Both the position numbers and the translations under genes were made by a program. From an uncultured Puniceicoccaceae bacterium (GTDB lineage Bacteria; Verrucomicrobiota; Verrucomicrobiia; Opitutales; Oceanipulchritudinaceae): 64,000 nt of DNA. Where the stretch lies: the NCBI GenBank assembly GCA_963933835.1, contig CAWVVV010000001.1:448001-512000 (forward strand). Direction: 5' to 3'. Shown here one piece after another: positions 26,539 through 37,553 of this stretch (within the stretch, counting starts at the first letter, position 1; every line of letters starts with the position of its first letter). Below the pieces are notes generated by a model, which was not told the DNA's origin, did no database searches, and was given only the letters and a program-made list of their open reading frames with translations.

Positions 26539-26931
26539 CTACTTCTCGTCAGGCTCTGACGGCTTGTATGCAAAAGACGCCTCACAATCCAGGCAGTCCA
26601 CTTCGCGATTCTTCGTCGGGATGAATGCACCGAAGAGAAAGTAGCCGATCAATGCTGGCAGACCCAGCTCACGCATCCGCACATCATTCGAACCACAGTG
26701 TGGGCATTTTAAGATCCCCACCTGATCCCGCGCCACCTCCAGCAACTCACGCGCCAGCGCTACATCCTCCTCAGCCACCTCTACTTTTACGCCGCCAATC
26801 GCATTCGAATAAATCCAGTTTACTGAAACCGTCTCCGCATCCCGCACCTCCACCGCGATCCCATTGCCCTCCAGCATCGACGCCGCTAAATAGGCATCTT
26901 CCGATTTCGAGTAAGAAGCGATCGTCACCAT
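26539..26931 (-). CDS. DUF2007 domain protein with a CxxC...CxxC zinc ribbon
   Basis: AYLAASMLEGNGI, YSNAIGGVKVEV, CPHCGS...CLDC. Confidence 0.78.
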   Translation of the reverse strand: MVTIASYSKSEDAYLAASMLEGNGIAVEVRDAETVSVNWIYSNAIGGVKVEVAEEDVALARELLEVARDQVGILKCPHCGSNDVRMRELGLPALIGYFLFGAFIPTKNREVDCLDCEASFAYKPSEPDEK

Positions 26932-27172
26932 AATTTTAATAATCATGCTCCAAAAACACCCACAGAGCAAGCCAACCCATGAAAGATCCGCATCGCCGCG
27001 ACCTTAAAACCCGGACGAGTGCCCCGCAGTTGGTCGGAAGCTACGTAAAGCGTTGGCAAGAGATAGAGTTGGACGCAGCGCGGTGAGGAATTTAAATATA
27101 GAAACCTACGGAATGACCCCTTTTGAACCCTAGTATCAAACCGATTTCCATCGACCATTCGCTCCAATGTGA

Positions 27173-28107
27173 AAATCTTACTCCAAGACGTTATCAGATT
27201 TCAATGCTGCCCGAGAATTACTGAAGAAAAGCTCAATACGTGAGCTAGGGCTTACTACGAAAGACGAACAAATCTGGGGTGAGTATTACTGCTCTGAGTT
27301 CTATAGGAACGAAGGCGCTATAGTGGAATTGGGCCCCTGGCTAGGCTCATTGACTAAAGCGATGCAAAGAGGCTTAGTTAAAAACGAGAGATATAAAATA
27401 AACCCGAACCAAATCCATTCCTATGATCGATTCGAATGGTTAGACTGGTGCGAGAACAACGTTCGAGGGACAGAACATGCGGGGAAGTATCAGAATGGCT
27501 CATGCTACAAAGACGTTTTTCTCGACGTTGTGCGTCACTCTGCCGTTCCAGTAGAAGCTCATAAGGTAAATTTAGAAAAAGACTTCTGGCTCCCTGAAGA
27601 GATCGAATTTGTTCTCAATGATGCGGTGAAGGTCTGGAGTACGGCTAAGACTCTCGTGAATGAAATCATTCCGAAAATGATCCCAGTGCCTACTTAGCTC
27701 ATCAAGACTTTCAATGGTCAACAGAAGCCTTTCTCGTCCCTGTCATGTATTTGCTTCGCGACTACTTCATACCCATGTATGCGATTCCAGAGTCATGCAT
27801 GGCCATTTTTCAGCTATCTAAAAAACTGGAGAATCCATCCTCGATCGGACTTCCGAATCAAATACATGGTTTGTCCGCTGAATTGATTAATGAATCATTT
27901 ATGTGGATGCAGCAAAGCATAGAGGGCCAAGATCCAACCATATCGCATTTAGGACACGCCGTTACTCTTTGGAAAGCAGGACACCTCGACGAAGGTAAAG
28001 CTCTTATCAAAAAGTATCAGCTGGCAACAAATGCATCAAACCCAAGGCTTAAATTCCAAAGAAAAGCCATAGCTGGGGGAAGTATTAAAGCATTACTGGA
28101 GGACTAG
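27173..28107 (+). pseudogene. Class I SAM-dependent methyltransferase-like gene, frameshifted near 27686 and lacking an in-frame start
   Basis: Open frame from 27173 reads LTTKDEQ...GAIVELGPWLGS...IHSYDRF...EFVLNDAVK...MIP. It continues in another frame as AYLAHQDF...MYLLRDYF to the stop at 28107. Confidence 0.6.
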
Positions 28108-28126
28108 ATATCTCCCTATAATGCTG

Positions 28127-28999
28127 CTATCGCATTGCGAAACCAGTCATCGCATCGAGCAGGCCCCCGGGGAGGCCAAAGCCAAAGCGCTCTTCATTTT
28201 TGAGTTCAAGCGCGCGATAGCCTTCTAACTTCATGAGGCGATTCTGGGCTTCGGTAAGCTGCAGTTCTCCTTCTCTAATTTCATCGGTCATCACCTGCAA
28301 AACATCAAAGAGCCTCGGGGTAAAGACATGTAGTCCGAACCAGCCGAGCCAAGTGTCCTTGGGTAGTCCTTCGATATGAAGCTCGGAACGCGCGACTTCG
28401 GGCGAAGGTTTTTCGATCATGCGCTTCACCTCAATCAAGCCACTTTCACTGAGCCGTTCTCCTCCGATCGTTCCGTAGCCATGGAGCTGTTCGGCGCTGA
28501 CTTGGGTTACGGCGGAGAGTGACTTCTCGGGCGTCAATTCAAAGGCTGTCGTGACTTTTTCATGACAGCCTTTCCGATAAAGGATATCTCCGGTGCAAAG
28601 CAGAAAAGGCTCATCCCCGATAAAAGCCTTAGCACACAAGACGGCATCTGCAAATCCGTTGGGTATGGATTGTTCAATAAACTCTAGGCAACTCAGAATA
28701 CGAGCCATCTCATTGAGCTCTTTGGCATGCTCTGGACGCTGGGTGTAAAGCTCACGCCGATCTACCGAGGGGCCTGAGAAGTAGCGTCGAATCGCCTCTT
28801 CGCCGCCTGGGTCAACGACCAGGCCAATCTGTTCGATGCCTGCGGATAGAAGCTCACGCAGCTGAAAATGTAGCATAGGGCGCGCGACTCCATCCGGCCC
28901 AACGACGGGGAAGAGCTCCTTTCGGCAGGCCAAAGTCGCAGGGAAAAGGCGCGTTCCGAGCCCCGCCATGGGAACGAGTGCTTTCTTGATCAGGCTCAT
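28127..28999 (-). CDS. Sugar-phosphate nucleotidyltransferase (GalU-like)
   Basis: [53 protein letters not shown]. Confidence 0.85.
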   Translation of the reverse strand: MSLIKKALVPMAGLGTRLFPATLACRKELFPVVGPDGVARPMLHFQLRELLSAGIEQIGLVVDPGGEEAIRRYFSGPSVDRRELYTQRPEHAKELNEMARILSCLEFIEQSIPNGFADAVLCAKAFIGDEPFLLCTGDILYRKGCHEKVTTAFELTPEKSLSAVTQVSAEQLHGYGTIGGERLSESGLIEVKRMIEKPSPEVARSELHIEGLPKDTWLGWFGLHVFTPRLFDVLQVMTDEIREGELQLTEAQNRLMKLEGYRALELKNEERFGFGLPGGLLDAMTGFAMR

Positions 29000-30768
29000 G
29001 AATCACCTCCCTGAAAAAACGATTTCACCCCTTCGAGGCTCCGCGAATTCAGCACATGCTTCGCTTCGACCCAACCCTTCCGAGCAATGATAACGCCCGC
29101 CTCGGTAAAGTCGAAGTGTTCCGGTGCGTGAGCATCGGGATTGATCGAGGTGAGCACACCCGCCTCTGTAGCTGTTTTCCAATGACGCCAGTCCATGTCT
29201 AGTCGACTCGGGTTTGCATTGATCTCGATAACGACGCCGTACTCTACGGCGGCTTCAATGATCGCAGAGACATTCACTGCATAAGGTTCACGACGCAGAA
29301 GGATGCGGCCGGTGAGATGGCCAAGCATCTTGCGGGTTTTGGTCGGGGTAGCCATCGCCCGAATGATACGGTCGGTCATCTCATTCTCCGACATCCCCGT
29401 CATCGAGGCGTGAACAGAGATGACCAGATAGTCCAGCTGATCGAGAATCTCTTTTGAGAAGTCTAGGCTGCCATCCCTTAGGATATCGACCTCACTCCCT
29501 GCGAACAGGTGCAGGGGTGCTGTGCCGCTTTCGTTCAGGCTTCGTATCGTCTCAACTTGCTTAAGCAGACGTTTTTCATCGAGACCATTCGCTTGGAAGC
29601 TAGCTTTCGAGTGGTCTGCGATTCCAAGGTATTCCCAGCCTTTCGCCGCCGCGGCCTCTGCCATTTCAAGCAGTGTCGCAGAGCCGTCTGAAGCGTTCGT
29701 GTGATTATGAAAGACTCCGCGCAGATCAGTAACCTGTAGGCGCTCAGGAATAGGTGCATTTTCGGCAAATGAAATTTCGTCACGCCCTTCACGAAGCTCC
29801 GGCGGGATGACATGAAGGTCGAGCGCCTTGAAGAGATCGCCTTCAGTCTTCACCGTATCCACAGCTAAGATACGCCCTTCGCCTCCTGCAGTATGTGCCG
29901 CATCATCGTTCGCGTCGAAGAGCCCCCACTCGCTCATGCTCCAGCCACGTTCCAAAGCCCGCTGCCGCATCATGACATTGTGTTCCTTTGAGCCAGTGAA
30001 GTGGTGTAGTGCGAACGGAAAGCGATCGAGCGGGACAACACGCAGGTCTGCCTGCAAGCCGCCTTCAAAGCGGACGCTCGATTTCGTTTCCCCCTTAGCG
30101 CTGACCTCAAGCACTTCCGCCCTAGACGTAAACCATTCCATGACGAGCCCGGGTTTTGAGGATGCTACAATGAAGTCGAGGTCCCCTACTGTTTCTTTAC
30201 CCCGTCGATAGCTTCCCGCGATCTCGGCGCGATCCACATCTGGTAGTTTCCGCAAGCCATCGACGATAGGAAGAGCGATTGAGCGCACATTCCACCAGAG
30301 GTGTCGCTGGGCATACGCTTCTCGGTTAGCAATGTCGCTGAGCAACTTCTCTTCGGACTTTTTACCAAAGCCCGCAAGCTCGGCAATCTTACCTGCCTCC
30401 GCAGCGGAACGAAGCGCATCGACGGAATCAATGCCAAGCGCCTCATGCACCTTCTTGATTTTCTTAGGCCCAAAATTTGGAATCTCAAGCATCTCGACCA
30501 GACCTGGGGCAACGGAAGCTTTGAGGTCATCGTAGTAGGCAAGATTGTCCGTCTGATGCAGTGTAGTGATTTTATCAACAAGTGCTTTGCCAATTCCTTT
30601 CACGGATCCAAGTCGATCCTCCTCGATAACGTCAGACAAAGCGTCGTCCATGCTCTCTAGCGCGCGTGCTCCATTTTGGTAGGCGCGAACCTTAAAGGGA
30701 TTCTCTCCTTTTAATTCAAGCAGAACACCGATCTCTTCGAGGACGCTGACAATGGAAGCTTTATCCAT
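28996..30768 (-). CDS. polX: DNA polymerase X / PHP 3'-5' exonuclease
   Basis: [48 protein letters not shown] motifs HNHT, ADHS, GHLTGR, NPDAH. Confidence 0.94.
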   Translation of the reverse strand: MDKASIVSVLEEIGVLLELKGENPFKVRAYQNGARALESMDDALSDVIEEDRLGSVKGIGKALVDKITTLHQTDNLAYYDDLKASVAPGLVEMLEIPNFGPKKIKKVHEALGIDSVDALRSAAEAGKIAELAGFGKKSEEKLLSDIANREAYAQRHLWWNVRSIALPIVDGLRKLPDVDRAEIAGSYRRGKETVGDLDFIVASSKPGLVMEWFTSRAEVLEVSAKGETKSSVRFEGGLQADLRVVPLDRFPFALHHFTGSKEHNVMMRQRALERGWSMSEWGLFDANDDAAHTAGGEGRILAVDTVKTEGDLFKALDLHVIPPELREGRDEISFAENAPIPERLQVTDLRGVFHNHTNASDGSATLLEMAEAAAAKGWEYLGIADHSKASFQANGLDEKRLLKQVETIRSLNESGTAPLHLFAGSEVDILRDGSLDFSKEILDQLDYLVISVHASMTGMSENEMTDRIIRAMATPTKTRKMLGHLTGRILLRREPYAVNVSAIIEAAVEYGVVIEINANPSRLDMDWRHWKTATEAGVLTSINPDAHAPEHFDFTEAGVIIARKGWVEAKHVLNSRSLEGVKSFFQGGDS

Positions 30769-30827
30769 GCCTCAAGATGGACAGGTTCTGAGTCACGGGT
30801 CAACGGGCGGAATCATTGAAATCGCGC

Positions 30828-30856
30828 AAAAAAGAGCCCACCTAGCAGGTGGGCTC
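30828..30856 (-). terminator. Rho-independent terminator after gpmI
   Basis: Perfect stem GAGCCCACCT-agc-AGGTGGGCTC with an A6 tract (U6 on the minus strand). Confidence 0.85.
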
Positions 30857-30882
30857 CCAATTAAGAAAAACTGTAATCAAAC

Positions 30883-32451
30883 TCAGTCTTCGAGAAGGCA
30901 TTCACCCGTCATCGCGACCGGCTGAGGGAGCTTCATCAAGCGGAGTAGCGTCGGTGCAATATCACCAAGACATCCACCCTTCTTCAGTTTAAGTTCTGCA
31001 CAGCCATCGCCATAAACAACCATTTCCACTGGGTTAAGGGTGTGGGCGGTGTGAGCACTTCCATCGACTTGCTTCATTTGGTCACTGTTGCCGTGATCGG
31101 CAGTAATGATCGCACGACCTCCCATCTGATCGATTGCCTCGAGGAGTTCACCCACGCAACTATCAACCACTGCGCATGCCTCAACCGCAGCATCGAGCGA
31201 GCCGGTATGGCCGACCATGTCTGCGTTCGCAAAATTAACCACGACCAAGCCGTACTTGCCACTTAGAATCGCAGCCAAGGTCGCATCCTTAATTCCATGA
31301 GCACTCATCTCGGGCTTCTGGTCGTAGGTAGCGACTTCCTTGGGGCTTTGAATCAACTCACGGTCTTCTAAATCATACGGCTCTTCTCGGTAGTCGTTGA
31401 AGAAGAACGTGACGTGCGGAAACTTCTCCGTCTCGGCGCAACGAAATTGCGGGATGCCCAAATCAGCAACAAAGCTACCCAAGATATGCTTCATCTGAGG
31501 CGGCTTGCGGAAGACAACGTTCGGGCACAGTCCTTTTTTATACTCCGTCATCGTGGAGTAATAAAGGTCGAGCTTCTTGCCGCGATCAAAGCCGTCGAAA
31601 TCGTCCTCTGTAAACGCTCGCGTGAGCTCACGGGGACGATCCCCTCTGTAGTTGAAAAATAATACTGTATCGCCATCTTGCACCGTCGCGAGCGGCTCTC
31701 CGTCATCGCCAATGACAGCGGTCGGGACGACAAACTCATCGCCCTTGCGCGAATCGTCGAGGGGGTTGTCGTAGTAAAATTGGACGGCTTCGGTCGCACT
31801 CTTGGCTGTGCGCTCGATTTTTCGACCGGTCAGGCAGTCGTAGGCCTTCTGCACACGTTCCCAGCGCAGATCGCGATCCATCGACCAGAAGCGCCCGGTC
31901 ACGCTCGCGATTTTTCCGACCCCAACTGACTTCATCTTCTTTTCAATCGCAGCAACAAAGCTCAGACCGGAAGTAGGCGCCGTATCACGGCCATCGGTAA
32001 AGGCATGCACGTAGACCTCTTTGACACCCGCCTCAGCACATAAATCGAGAAGACCAGAAAGGTGCTCCAGCATGGCGTGCACGCCGGCATCTGAAATGAG
32101 GCCAAAAAGATGCAGTTTGCCGCTCTCACGAACACGCTCAAAGGCTGCATTCAAGACAGCGTTGTCCTTCAATGCACCACTGGCGAAGCCCTTATTAATG
32201 CGGACGAGCTCCTGGTCGACGATACGCCCAGCACCGATATTTTGGTGCCCAACTTCACTGTTTCCCATAATACCAGCGGGCAGACCAACTTCGAGCCCAC
32301 AGGCGTTCACTTCGGTCCGCGGCCATCCGTCTGTGAGGGCATCAGCGACAGGTGTAGGAGCGACTTTAATCGCATCGAAAGAATCATGATCAGGGTTGTG
32401 GTTGCTTCCCCAGCCATCGCGGATGATTAAAACTACAGGTTTTCGTGACAT
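30883..32451 (-). CDS. gpmI: 2,3-bisphosphoglycerate-independent phosphoglycerate mutase
   Basis: [52 protein letters not shown]. Confidence 0.97.
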   Translation of the reverse strand: MSRKPVVLIIRDGWGSNHNPDHDSFDAIKVAPTPVADALTDGWPRTEVNACGLEVGLPAGIMGNSEVGHQNIGAGRIVDQELVRINKGFASGALKDNAVLNAAFERVRESGKLHLFGLISDAGVHAMLEHLSGLLDLCAEAGVKEVYVHAFTDGRDTAPTSGLSFVAAIEKKMKSVGVGKIASVTGRFWSMDRDLRWERVQKAYDCLTGRKIERTAKSATEAVQFYYDNPLDDSRKGDEFVVPTAVIGDDGEPLATVQDGDTVLFFNYRGDRPRELTRAFTEDDFDGFDRGKKLDLYYSTMTEYKKGLCPNVVFRKPPQMKHILGSFVADLGIPQFRCAETEKFPHVTFFFNDYREEPYDLEDRELIQSPKEVATYDQKPEMSAHGIKDATLAAILSGKYGLVVVNFANADMVGHTGSLDAAVEACAVVDSCVGELLEAIDQMGGRAIITADHGNSDQMKQVDGSAHTAHTLNPVEMVVYGDGCAELKLKKGGCLGDIAPTLLRLMKLPQPVAMTGECLLED

Positions 32452-32609
32452 ATCAGATCGGGTTGTGTCTTTTCTAGAATCGCGCCCATTGGAGGCACAA
32501 TCAATGCTGGCTGTTAAAATCTACGAGTCAACGAAGTGACAAGGAGATTGCTCTCAAGAGTTTCTCCCGCTCAATACTCAGACTAGCCATCTACCAAAGA
32601 TTCGACGCT

Positions 32610-33314
32610 ATGCGGACCCTTCAAAACATTGCCTTCGACGCAGACGACACCCTCTGGCACAACGAAACTATCTTCGCCGAGTCGCACCGCCGTTACTGCG
32701 ACTTACTTGCACACTACCACGATAGTGAGACGGTTGAGAAAACCCTCTTTGCCACCGAGATGCGCAACCTTGAGCTCCTCGGCTACGGGGTGAAGGCACA
32801 CGCCCTCTCCGCTATCGAAACCGCGATTGATCTTACTGATGGAACGATAACGGCAGACGAAATCAAAGGCATCCTGACGATTACGCGCGACATGCTTCGC
32901 CAGCCCGTCGAACTCATCGATGGGGTCGTCGATGTACTTGAAAAGGTGGCCCAACGCTACCGCCTCTTTTTAATTACGAAGGGCGATCTACTTGACCAAG
33001 AGCGCAAAGTCGCGGCCAGTGGCTTGAGTCACTATTTCGAGTACATCGACGTTGTTTCGGAAAAAGATCCTCAAACCTACGAACGTCTCATCAAGCGCCT
33101 CGACGTCGATATTTCTCGTTTTGCGATGATCGGTAATTCACTCAAATCAGACGTCAAACCCGTGCTCGAACTTGGCGGTTACGGCATTCACGTCCCTTAC
33201 GCCATCACATGGGCCGCTGAAGAAACCTCCCTACCCGACGACAAGCACGCCGGCCGGTACTTCAAGATCAATGACCTCAGCGAGCTGCTTCCGCTCCTTG
33301 ATGAGATAGACTGA
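32610..33314 (+). CDS. HAD-family hydrolase
   Basis: FDADDTLW, ITKGDLLDQ, MIGNSLKSDV. Confidence 0.9.
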   Translation: MRTLQNIAFDADDTLWHNETIFAESHRRYCDLLAHYHDSETVEKTLFATEMRNLELLGYGVKAHALSAIETAIDLTDGTITADEIKGILTITRDMLRQPVELIDGVVDVLEKVAQRYRLFLITKGDLLDQERKVAASGLSHYFEYIDVVSEKDPQTYERLIKRLDVDISRFAMIGNSLKSDVKPVLELGGYGIHVPYAITWAAEETSLPDDKHAGRYFKINDLSELLPLLDEID

Positions 33315-33319
33315 CGCCG

Positions 33320-33868
33320 TTAAGCGTCGGTCGATGCGCCGTAGTCAGCGGCCGCTCGGCGGTAGACACGCACGACATTCCCCGTCACTTCATCGAGCGT
33401 TCGCCCCTCAGCGGAGACTCCAATGCCGCAGGACATGTAGACCGGTTCACGCACCGCAAGCAGCTTTCGAATACGGCCCTCGGGGTCTTCACCGTCGAGC
33501 AGCGGACGGCGATTATTCGTCGAGGTGCGGCGTAAAATTGTTTCTACACTAGCAAAGAGGCAGACAACAACGCCGAGCCCGGAGAGCAGTTCTCCACGTC
33601 CTTCTGGAATCGGCAAACCGCCACCACAGGCAACGACCTGACCAGACGTCGGATGCCCTTCGACGAGGAACTTTCGCTCCTGTTCACGAAAACAATCTTC
33701 TCCATCGGTCTCAAAAATCTTTCGAATACGGCGGCCTTCGGCAGCCTCGATGGCTGTGTCGGAATCAATGAACGGGTATTTCAATATCCGTGCAACGTTG
33801 CGCCCGACCGCGCTTTTGCCGACGCCCATAAAGCCAACAAGGTATAAGTTTGGGCGATTCTCAGACAT
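33320..33868 (-). CDS. aroK: Shikimate kinase
   Basis: LVGFMGVGKS, FIDSD, GEDCFRE.E, ACGGG, RPLL, REPVY. Confidence 0.93.
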   Translation of the reverse strand: MSENRPNLYLVGFMGVGKSAVGRNVARILKYPFIDSDTAIEAAEGRRIRKIFETDGEDCFREQERKFLVEGHPTSGQVVACGGGLPIPEGRGELLSGLGVVVCLFASVETILRRTSTNNRRPLLDGEDPEGRIRKLLAVREPVYMSCGIGVSAEGRTLDEVTGNVVRVYRRAAADYGASTDA

Positions 33869-34016
33869 ATCTTCGAGCGTGGGCGTCCCTTCTCATGGGG
33901 CAACAGCAAAGGCGTTGCCGCGCCACCTAAGGATGGCTTCAAAGAATCCAGCTTGCGGACGCTTACCCGCCTTTGCATCGTCCTAGACCCACTGCAGACG
34001 CCCGAAACAAAGCCCA

Positions 34017-34496
34017 ATGCCTCCACTTCAAATACACCACCCAGACTACAAGTTCAGTGACCCAGCGGATTTCTCGACGACCTATTCGCGCCTAAAATCA
34101 GACGCCGGAGTTGACGCGTCGCACCTCCACGCCCGGTTTCAAATCAATGAGATCGAAGAGATTGCGCTCTTTTCGGAAGTAGAAAACGCCCTCATTGGAG
34201 GTCTGTCTCACGCAACACGGGAAGACGGCGCAGTGGTTGCCTTTCAAATTTGGATCGCTCCTCCATTCCGCGAACGAGGCCACGCAACGGTAGCCGGGAA
34301 AGCATTTGTTCAGGCTCAATTTGAAAACGGATGCCATCGCCTCGAAACCGCCCACCGTTCTGGAGATGGAGCGCCTGATCGGCTCGTCCAAAATCTGCGT
34401 TTCTTGCCCGAAGGCATTCAGCGCTCAGCACTCCGACAGAAGGGGCAATGGATTGACCTCGCTCATTACGGGCTTTTGGCACTCGACCCACGGTGA
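34017..34496 (+). CDS. GNAT/RimJ-RimL-like acetyltransferase
   Basis: IWIAPPFRERGHAT; F.PEGIQRS...GQWIDL..YGLL. Confidence 0.7.
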   Translation: MPPLQIHHPDYKFSDPADFSTTYSRLKSDAGVDASHLHARFQINEIEEIALFSEVENALIGGLSHATREDGAVVAFQIWIAPPFRERGHATVAGKAFVQAQFENGCHRLETAHRSGDGAPDRLVQNLRFLPEGIQRSALRQKGQWIDLAHYGLLALDPR

Positions 34497-34549
34497 GATT
34501 GAGGAGCAACCTCTCTTGCAACTCGGATCAATCGAAGTAGGTTAGTTTC

Positions 34550-35032
34550 ATGCAACGGGAAATCTCACCAGCAAAAGTCAAAGGAGTCATGCCGACCTCA
34601 AACGGCTGCGCCCTCTTTGTTGGCCCGGAAGAGAAGACCTTCATCATCTATGTCGACTCAAGTGTCGGCAGCACGATCTCGATGATCATCGAAGACGTGA
34701 AGCGTGACCGCCCGATGACTCACGAACTCATCGGGCATTTTTTCACAGGCTTCGGCGTCGAGCTTCAGCGGGTCGTGATCAATCACGTTTCCGAAGGAAC
34801 CTTCTATGCCCGTATCATCCTAAAGATGGAAAACGAGCTCGGCCAAAAAATCGTCGAAATCGATGCTCGACCGAGCGATTCGATCGCACTCGCTCTCTTC
34901 CATAAGAGCCCAATCTACGTCCATCAGTCAGTGCTCGATTCAGTGGAAGATGTCACCGAGCTCCTCGAGCGCATCTTAAAAGAACAGTCGGACTCAGAGA
35001 AAAATAAAACCGACGACGATCCTGTGTTATAG
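34550..35032 (+). CDS. Bifunctional nuclease family protein (DUF151)
   Basis: RPMTHEL, GTFYARI, IDARPSDSIALAL, PIYV. Confidence 0.9.
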   Translation: MQREISPAKVKGVMPTSNGCALFVGPEEKTFIIYVDSSVGSTISMIIEDVKRDRPMTHELIGHFFTGFGVELQRVVINHVSEGTFYARIILKMENELGQKIVEIDARPSDSIALALFHKSPIYVHQSVLDSVEDVTELLERILKEQSDSEKNKTDDDPVL

Positions 35033-35035
35033 AGC

Positions 35036-36115
35036 ATGCACTCGCTCCCTCCGACCCTCGATGCCAGCACGCTGCCCACGGCACTGGCACCCATGCAGGA
35101 CGTAACGACGCTCCCCTTTATGCGGCTGATGCTGCACTACGGAGCACCGGACTACTTCTTCACTGAATACTTTAGGGCCCATCCACAATCGACCCCCGAA
35201 CGCCAAATTCTAAGCGCACTCGATGGCATCGGACCACAACACCCCATCTTTGCCCAGATCATCGGTGAAGACATCAGCTCAGTTACGCGGACCATGCGTG
35301 CGCTAGAGCCCTACCCGATCGCAGGCATCGATCTCAACATGGGCTGTCCTGCCCCCAAGATTTATAAAAAGAACGTAGGCGGTGGTCTGCTCCGTGACCC
35401 AGCAAAAGTTGATCAACTCCTCGGAGCGATGAGAGAGACGACCGACGGACGTTTCACCGTGAAGATGCGTATTGGTTTTGCTGACACGTCATTGTTTTTC
35501 GAACTCCTAGATGTGATTCGAAGCCATGCCGTTGAACTCGTTTCGATTCACGGGCGCACAGTGAAACAGATGTATCGGGGTGAGGTGGACTATGAGATGA
35601 TTGCAGAGGCAAAGAAACGACTCACCTGCCCTGTCTTTGCCAACGGCAACATCACTTCGGCAGAAAAAGCCCTCCAAGTGCAAAAAGCCAGTGGAGTCGA
35701 CGGCATCATGATCGGCCGTAGCGCGATCAGGAACCCGTGGATTTTCACGCAAATCAGAGCGCTCGCGCGGGGAGAGCCACTCTTTAGGCCCACCCTCGGT
35801 GACGTCCGCAACTATATCGACGCGCTCTGGGAGACCTTTAAAAACCCAGATGTGCCAGACCATCTGCAGACGAATTTCATCAAAAAGTTCCTCAATTTCG
35901 TCGGACAGGGCGTGGATCCAGAAGGACAGTTTCTTAAGAAAATGCGACGTGCCAGCTCTCGGTCCGAGCTCTTCGAGATCTGCGACTATTGGCTCATCGA
36001 GAACGGCCGCTGTGATCAACCCTTTGCCACGGAGCCTTACGAGGGCGTGATCGCTCGCCCAAATCGAGAAGGCGATGAGCAATCAAAGAATGCGGCGCAG
36101 AGCTGCTCTCTTTGA
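35036..36115 (+). CDS. tRNA-dihydrouridine synthase family protein
   Basis: [41 protein letters not shown]. Confidence 0.92.
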   Translation: MHSLPPTLDASTLPTALAPMQDVTTLPFMRLMLHYGAPDYFFTEYFRAHPQSTPERQILSALDGIGPQHPIFAQIIGEDISSVTRTMRALEPYPIAGIDLNMGCPAPKIYKKNVGGGLLRDPAKVDQLLGAMRETTDGRFTVKMRIGFADTSLFFELLDVIRSHAVELVSIHGRTVKQMYRGEVDYEMIAEAKKRLTCPVFANGNITSAEKALQVQKASGVDGIMIGRSAIRNPWIFTQIRALARGEPLFRPTLGDVRNYIDALWETFKNPDVPDHLQTNFIKKFLNFVGQGVDPEGQFLKKMRRASSRSELFEICDYWLIENGRCDQPFATEPYEGVIARPNREGDEQSKNAAQSCSL

Positions 36116-36185
36116 GCACTTCGAAGCCTTTCAACAAATCTGGCGTTGCACTCTTTCTGCACGGGAGCTCATGCTATTTATAAAT

Positions 36186-37154
36186 ATGAACTCTTCCACA
36201 GACCAACTCTCACAACTGAAGCAATTCACCACCGTAGTGGCGGATACTGGCGACTTTACGTCGATGAAGGCCTATACGCCTCAAGACGCGACAACGAACC
36301 CGACTCTCATCCTGAAAGCGGTCCAAAAGGAAAAATACGCTTCGATTCTCAACCAAGCGATCAAAGATGCTTCCGCCAGCGGCGCCTCGGGCGAAGAGCT
36401 TGTAGATAAAGTCGCTGACCGCCTTCTCGTTTTGTTCGGCCTCGAAATCCTTAAAATCGTTCCAGGCCGCGTCAGCACTGAGATCGACGCCCGCCTTTCT
36501 TTCAATACTGAAGCGAGCATCGCGAAAGGCCGTGAGATCATCGCGATGTATGAGGCTGAAGGCATTCCTCGTGGACGCATCCTGATCAAGATCGCCTCGA
36601 CCTGGGAAGGTCTTGCTGCTGCCAAAGTGCTGCAAGCAGAAGGCATCAACTGTAACCTGACTTTGCTCTTCTCCCTCGCTCAAGCGGTCGTAGCGGCAAA
36701 CAACGGCGTAAAGCTGATCAGCCCGTTTGTCGGCCGGATTCTTGATTGGCACAAAGCTTCGGCAGGAAAAGACTTCGTCGGAGCAGAAGACCCAGGAGTT
36801 CAATCGGTCACCGAGATCTACCACTACTACAAGCGTTTCGGCCACACAACCGAAGTGATGGGCGCCAGCTTCCGTAACATCGGCGAAATCCAAGAACTCG
36901 CTGGATGCGACCTGCTCACGATCAGCCCGAACCTGCTCGAAGAACTTGCATCTACGAATGCGCCGCTTGAAAAGAAATTGAACTCGGACGCTTCGGCCAA
37001 TCTCGACATCAAGGAGCTTAACCTAGACGAAACGAGCTTCCGCTGGGCGATGAACGAAGATCCGATGGCGACCGAAAAACTCGCCCATGGTATCCGTTCG
37101 TTTGCAGCAGACACCGAATCACTCTTCGCCCTCCTGCGCGAAAAGCTGGCTTAA
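36186..37154 (+). CDS. tal: Transaldolase
   Basis: [56 protein letters not shown]. Confidence 0.97.
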   Translation: MNSSTDQLSQLKQFTTVVADTGDFTSMKAYTPQDATTNPTLILKAVQKEKYASILNQAIKDASASGASGEELVDKVADRLLVLFGLEILKIVPGRVSTEIDARLSFNTEASIAKGREIIAMYEAEGIPRGRILIKIASTWEGLAAAKVLQAEGINCNLTLLFSLAQAVVAANNGVKLISPFVGRILDWHKASAGKDFVGAEDPGVQSVTEIYHYYKRFGHTTEVMGASFRNIGEIQELAGCDLLTISPNLLEELASTNAPLEKKLNSDASANLDIKELNLDETSFRWAMNEDPMATEKLAHGIRSFAADTESLFALLREKLA

Positions 37155-37174
37155 TTCGCTGAAGCAATCTTCCA

Positions 37175-37480
37175 ATGATACACCATCTCGTCTTTTTCCG
37201 TTTTAAGGAAACCGCTCGCGGTAACTCAAAAACGGCAAATATCGCAGAGGTTCAAGCGATGCTTGAGGCGCTGCCAGACGCGATTCCAGGTATCAAGACC
37301 TTGAGCTGCGGCAGCGATTTCAGCCAAACGCCCGTCTCCTTTGATTTCGGACTCTACACTGCGTTTGAGACAGCCGAAGACTTGGAGGCATATCGGGTGC
37401 ACACAGCGCACCAAGCTGTCGTTGAATTGATCAAAGAAACGACAAGCGACCGCGCGGTCGTGGATTACGAAACAGCGTAG
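37175..37480 (+). CDS. Dabb (stress-responsive A/B barrel) family protein
   Basis: MIHHLVFFRFK, IPGI, F...EDLEAY.VH.AH, VVDYE. Confidence 0.88.
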   Translation: MIHHLVFFRFKETARGNSKTANIAEVQAMLEALPDAIPGIKTLSCGSDFSQTPVSFDFGLYTAFETAEDLEAYRVHTAHQAVVELIKETTSDRAVVDYETA

Positions 37481-37506
37481 CGAGCAAAGTATCGCTTACT
37501 TTTTAT

Positions 37507-37545
37507 AAAGCCCTTCGGCCGCAGTGTGTGGTCGAGGGGCTTTTT
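37507..37545. terminator. Probable terminator between convergent dabb and glgE
   Basis: AAAGCCCTTCGGCC...GGTCGAGGGGCTTTTT hairpin with A and T tracts. Confidence 0.75.
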
Positions 37546-37553
37546 CTTACTCC

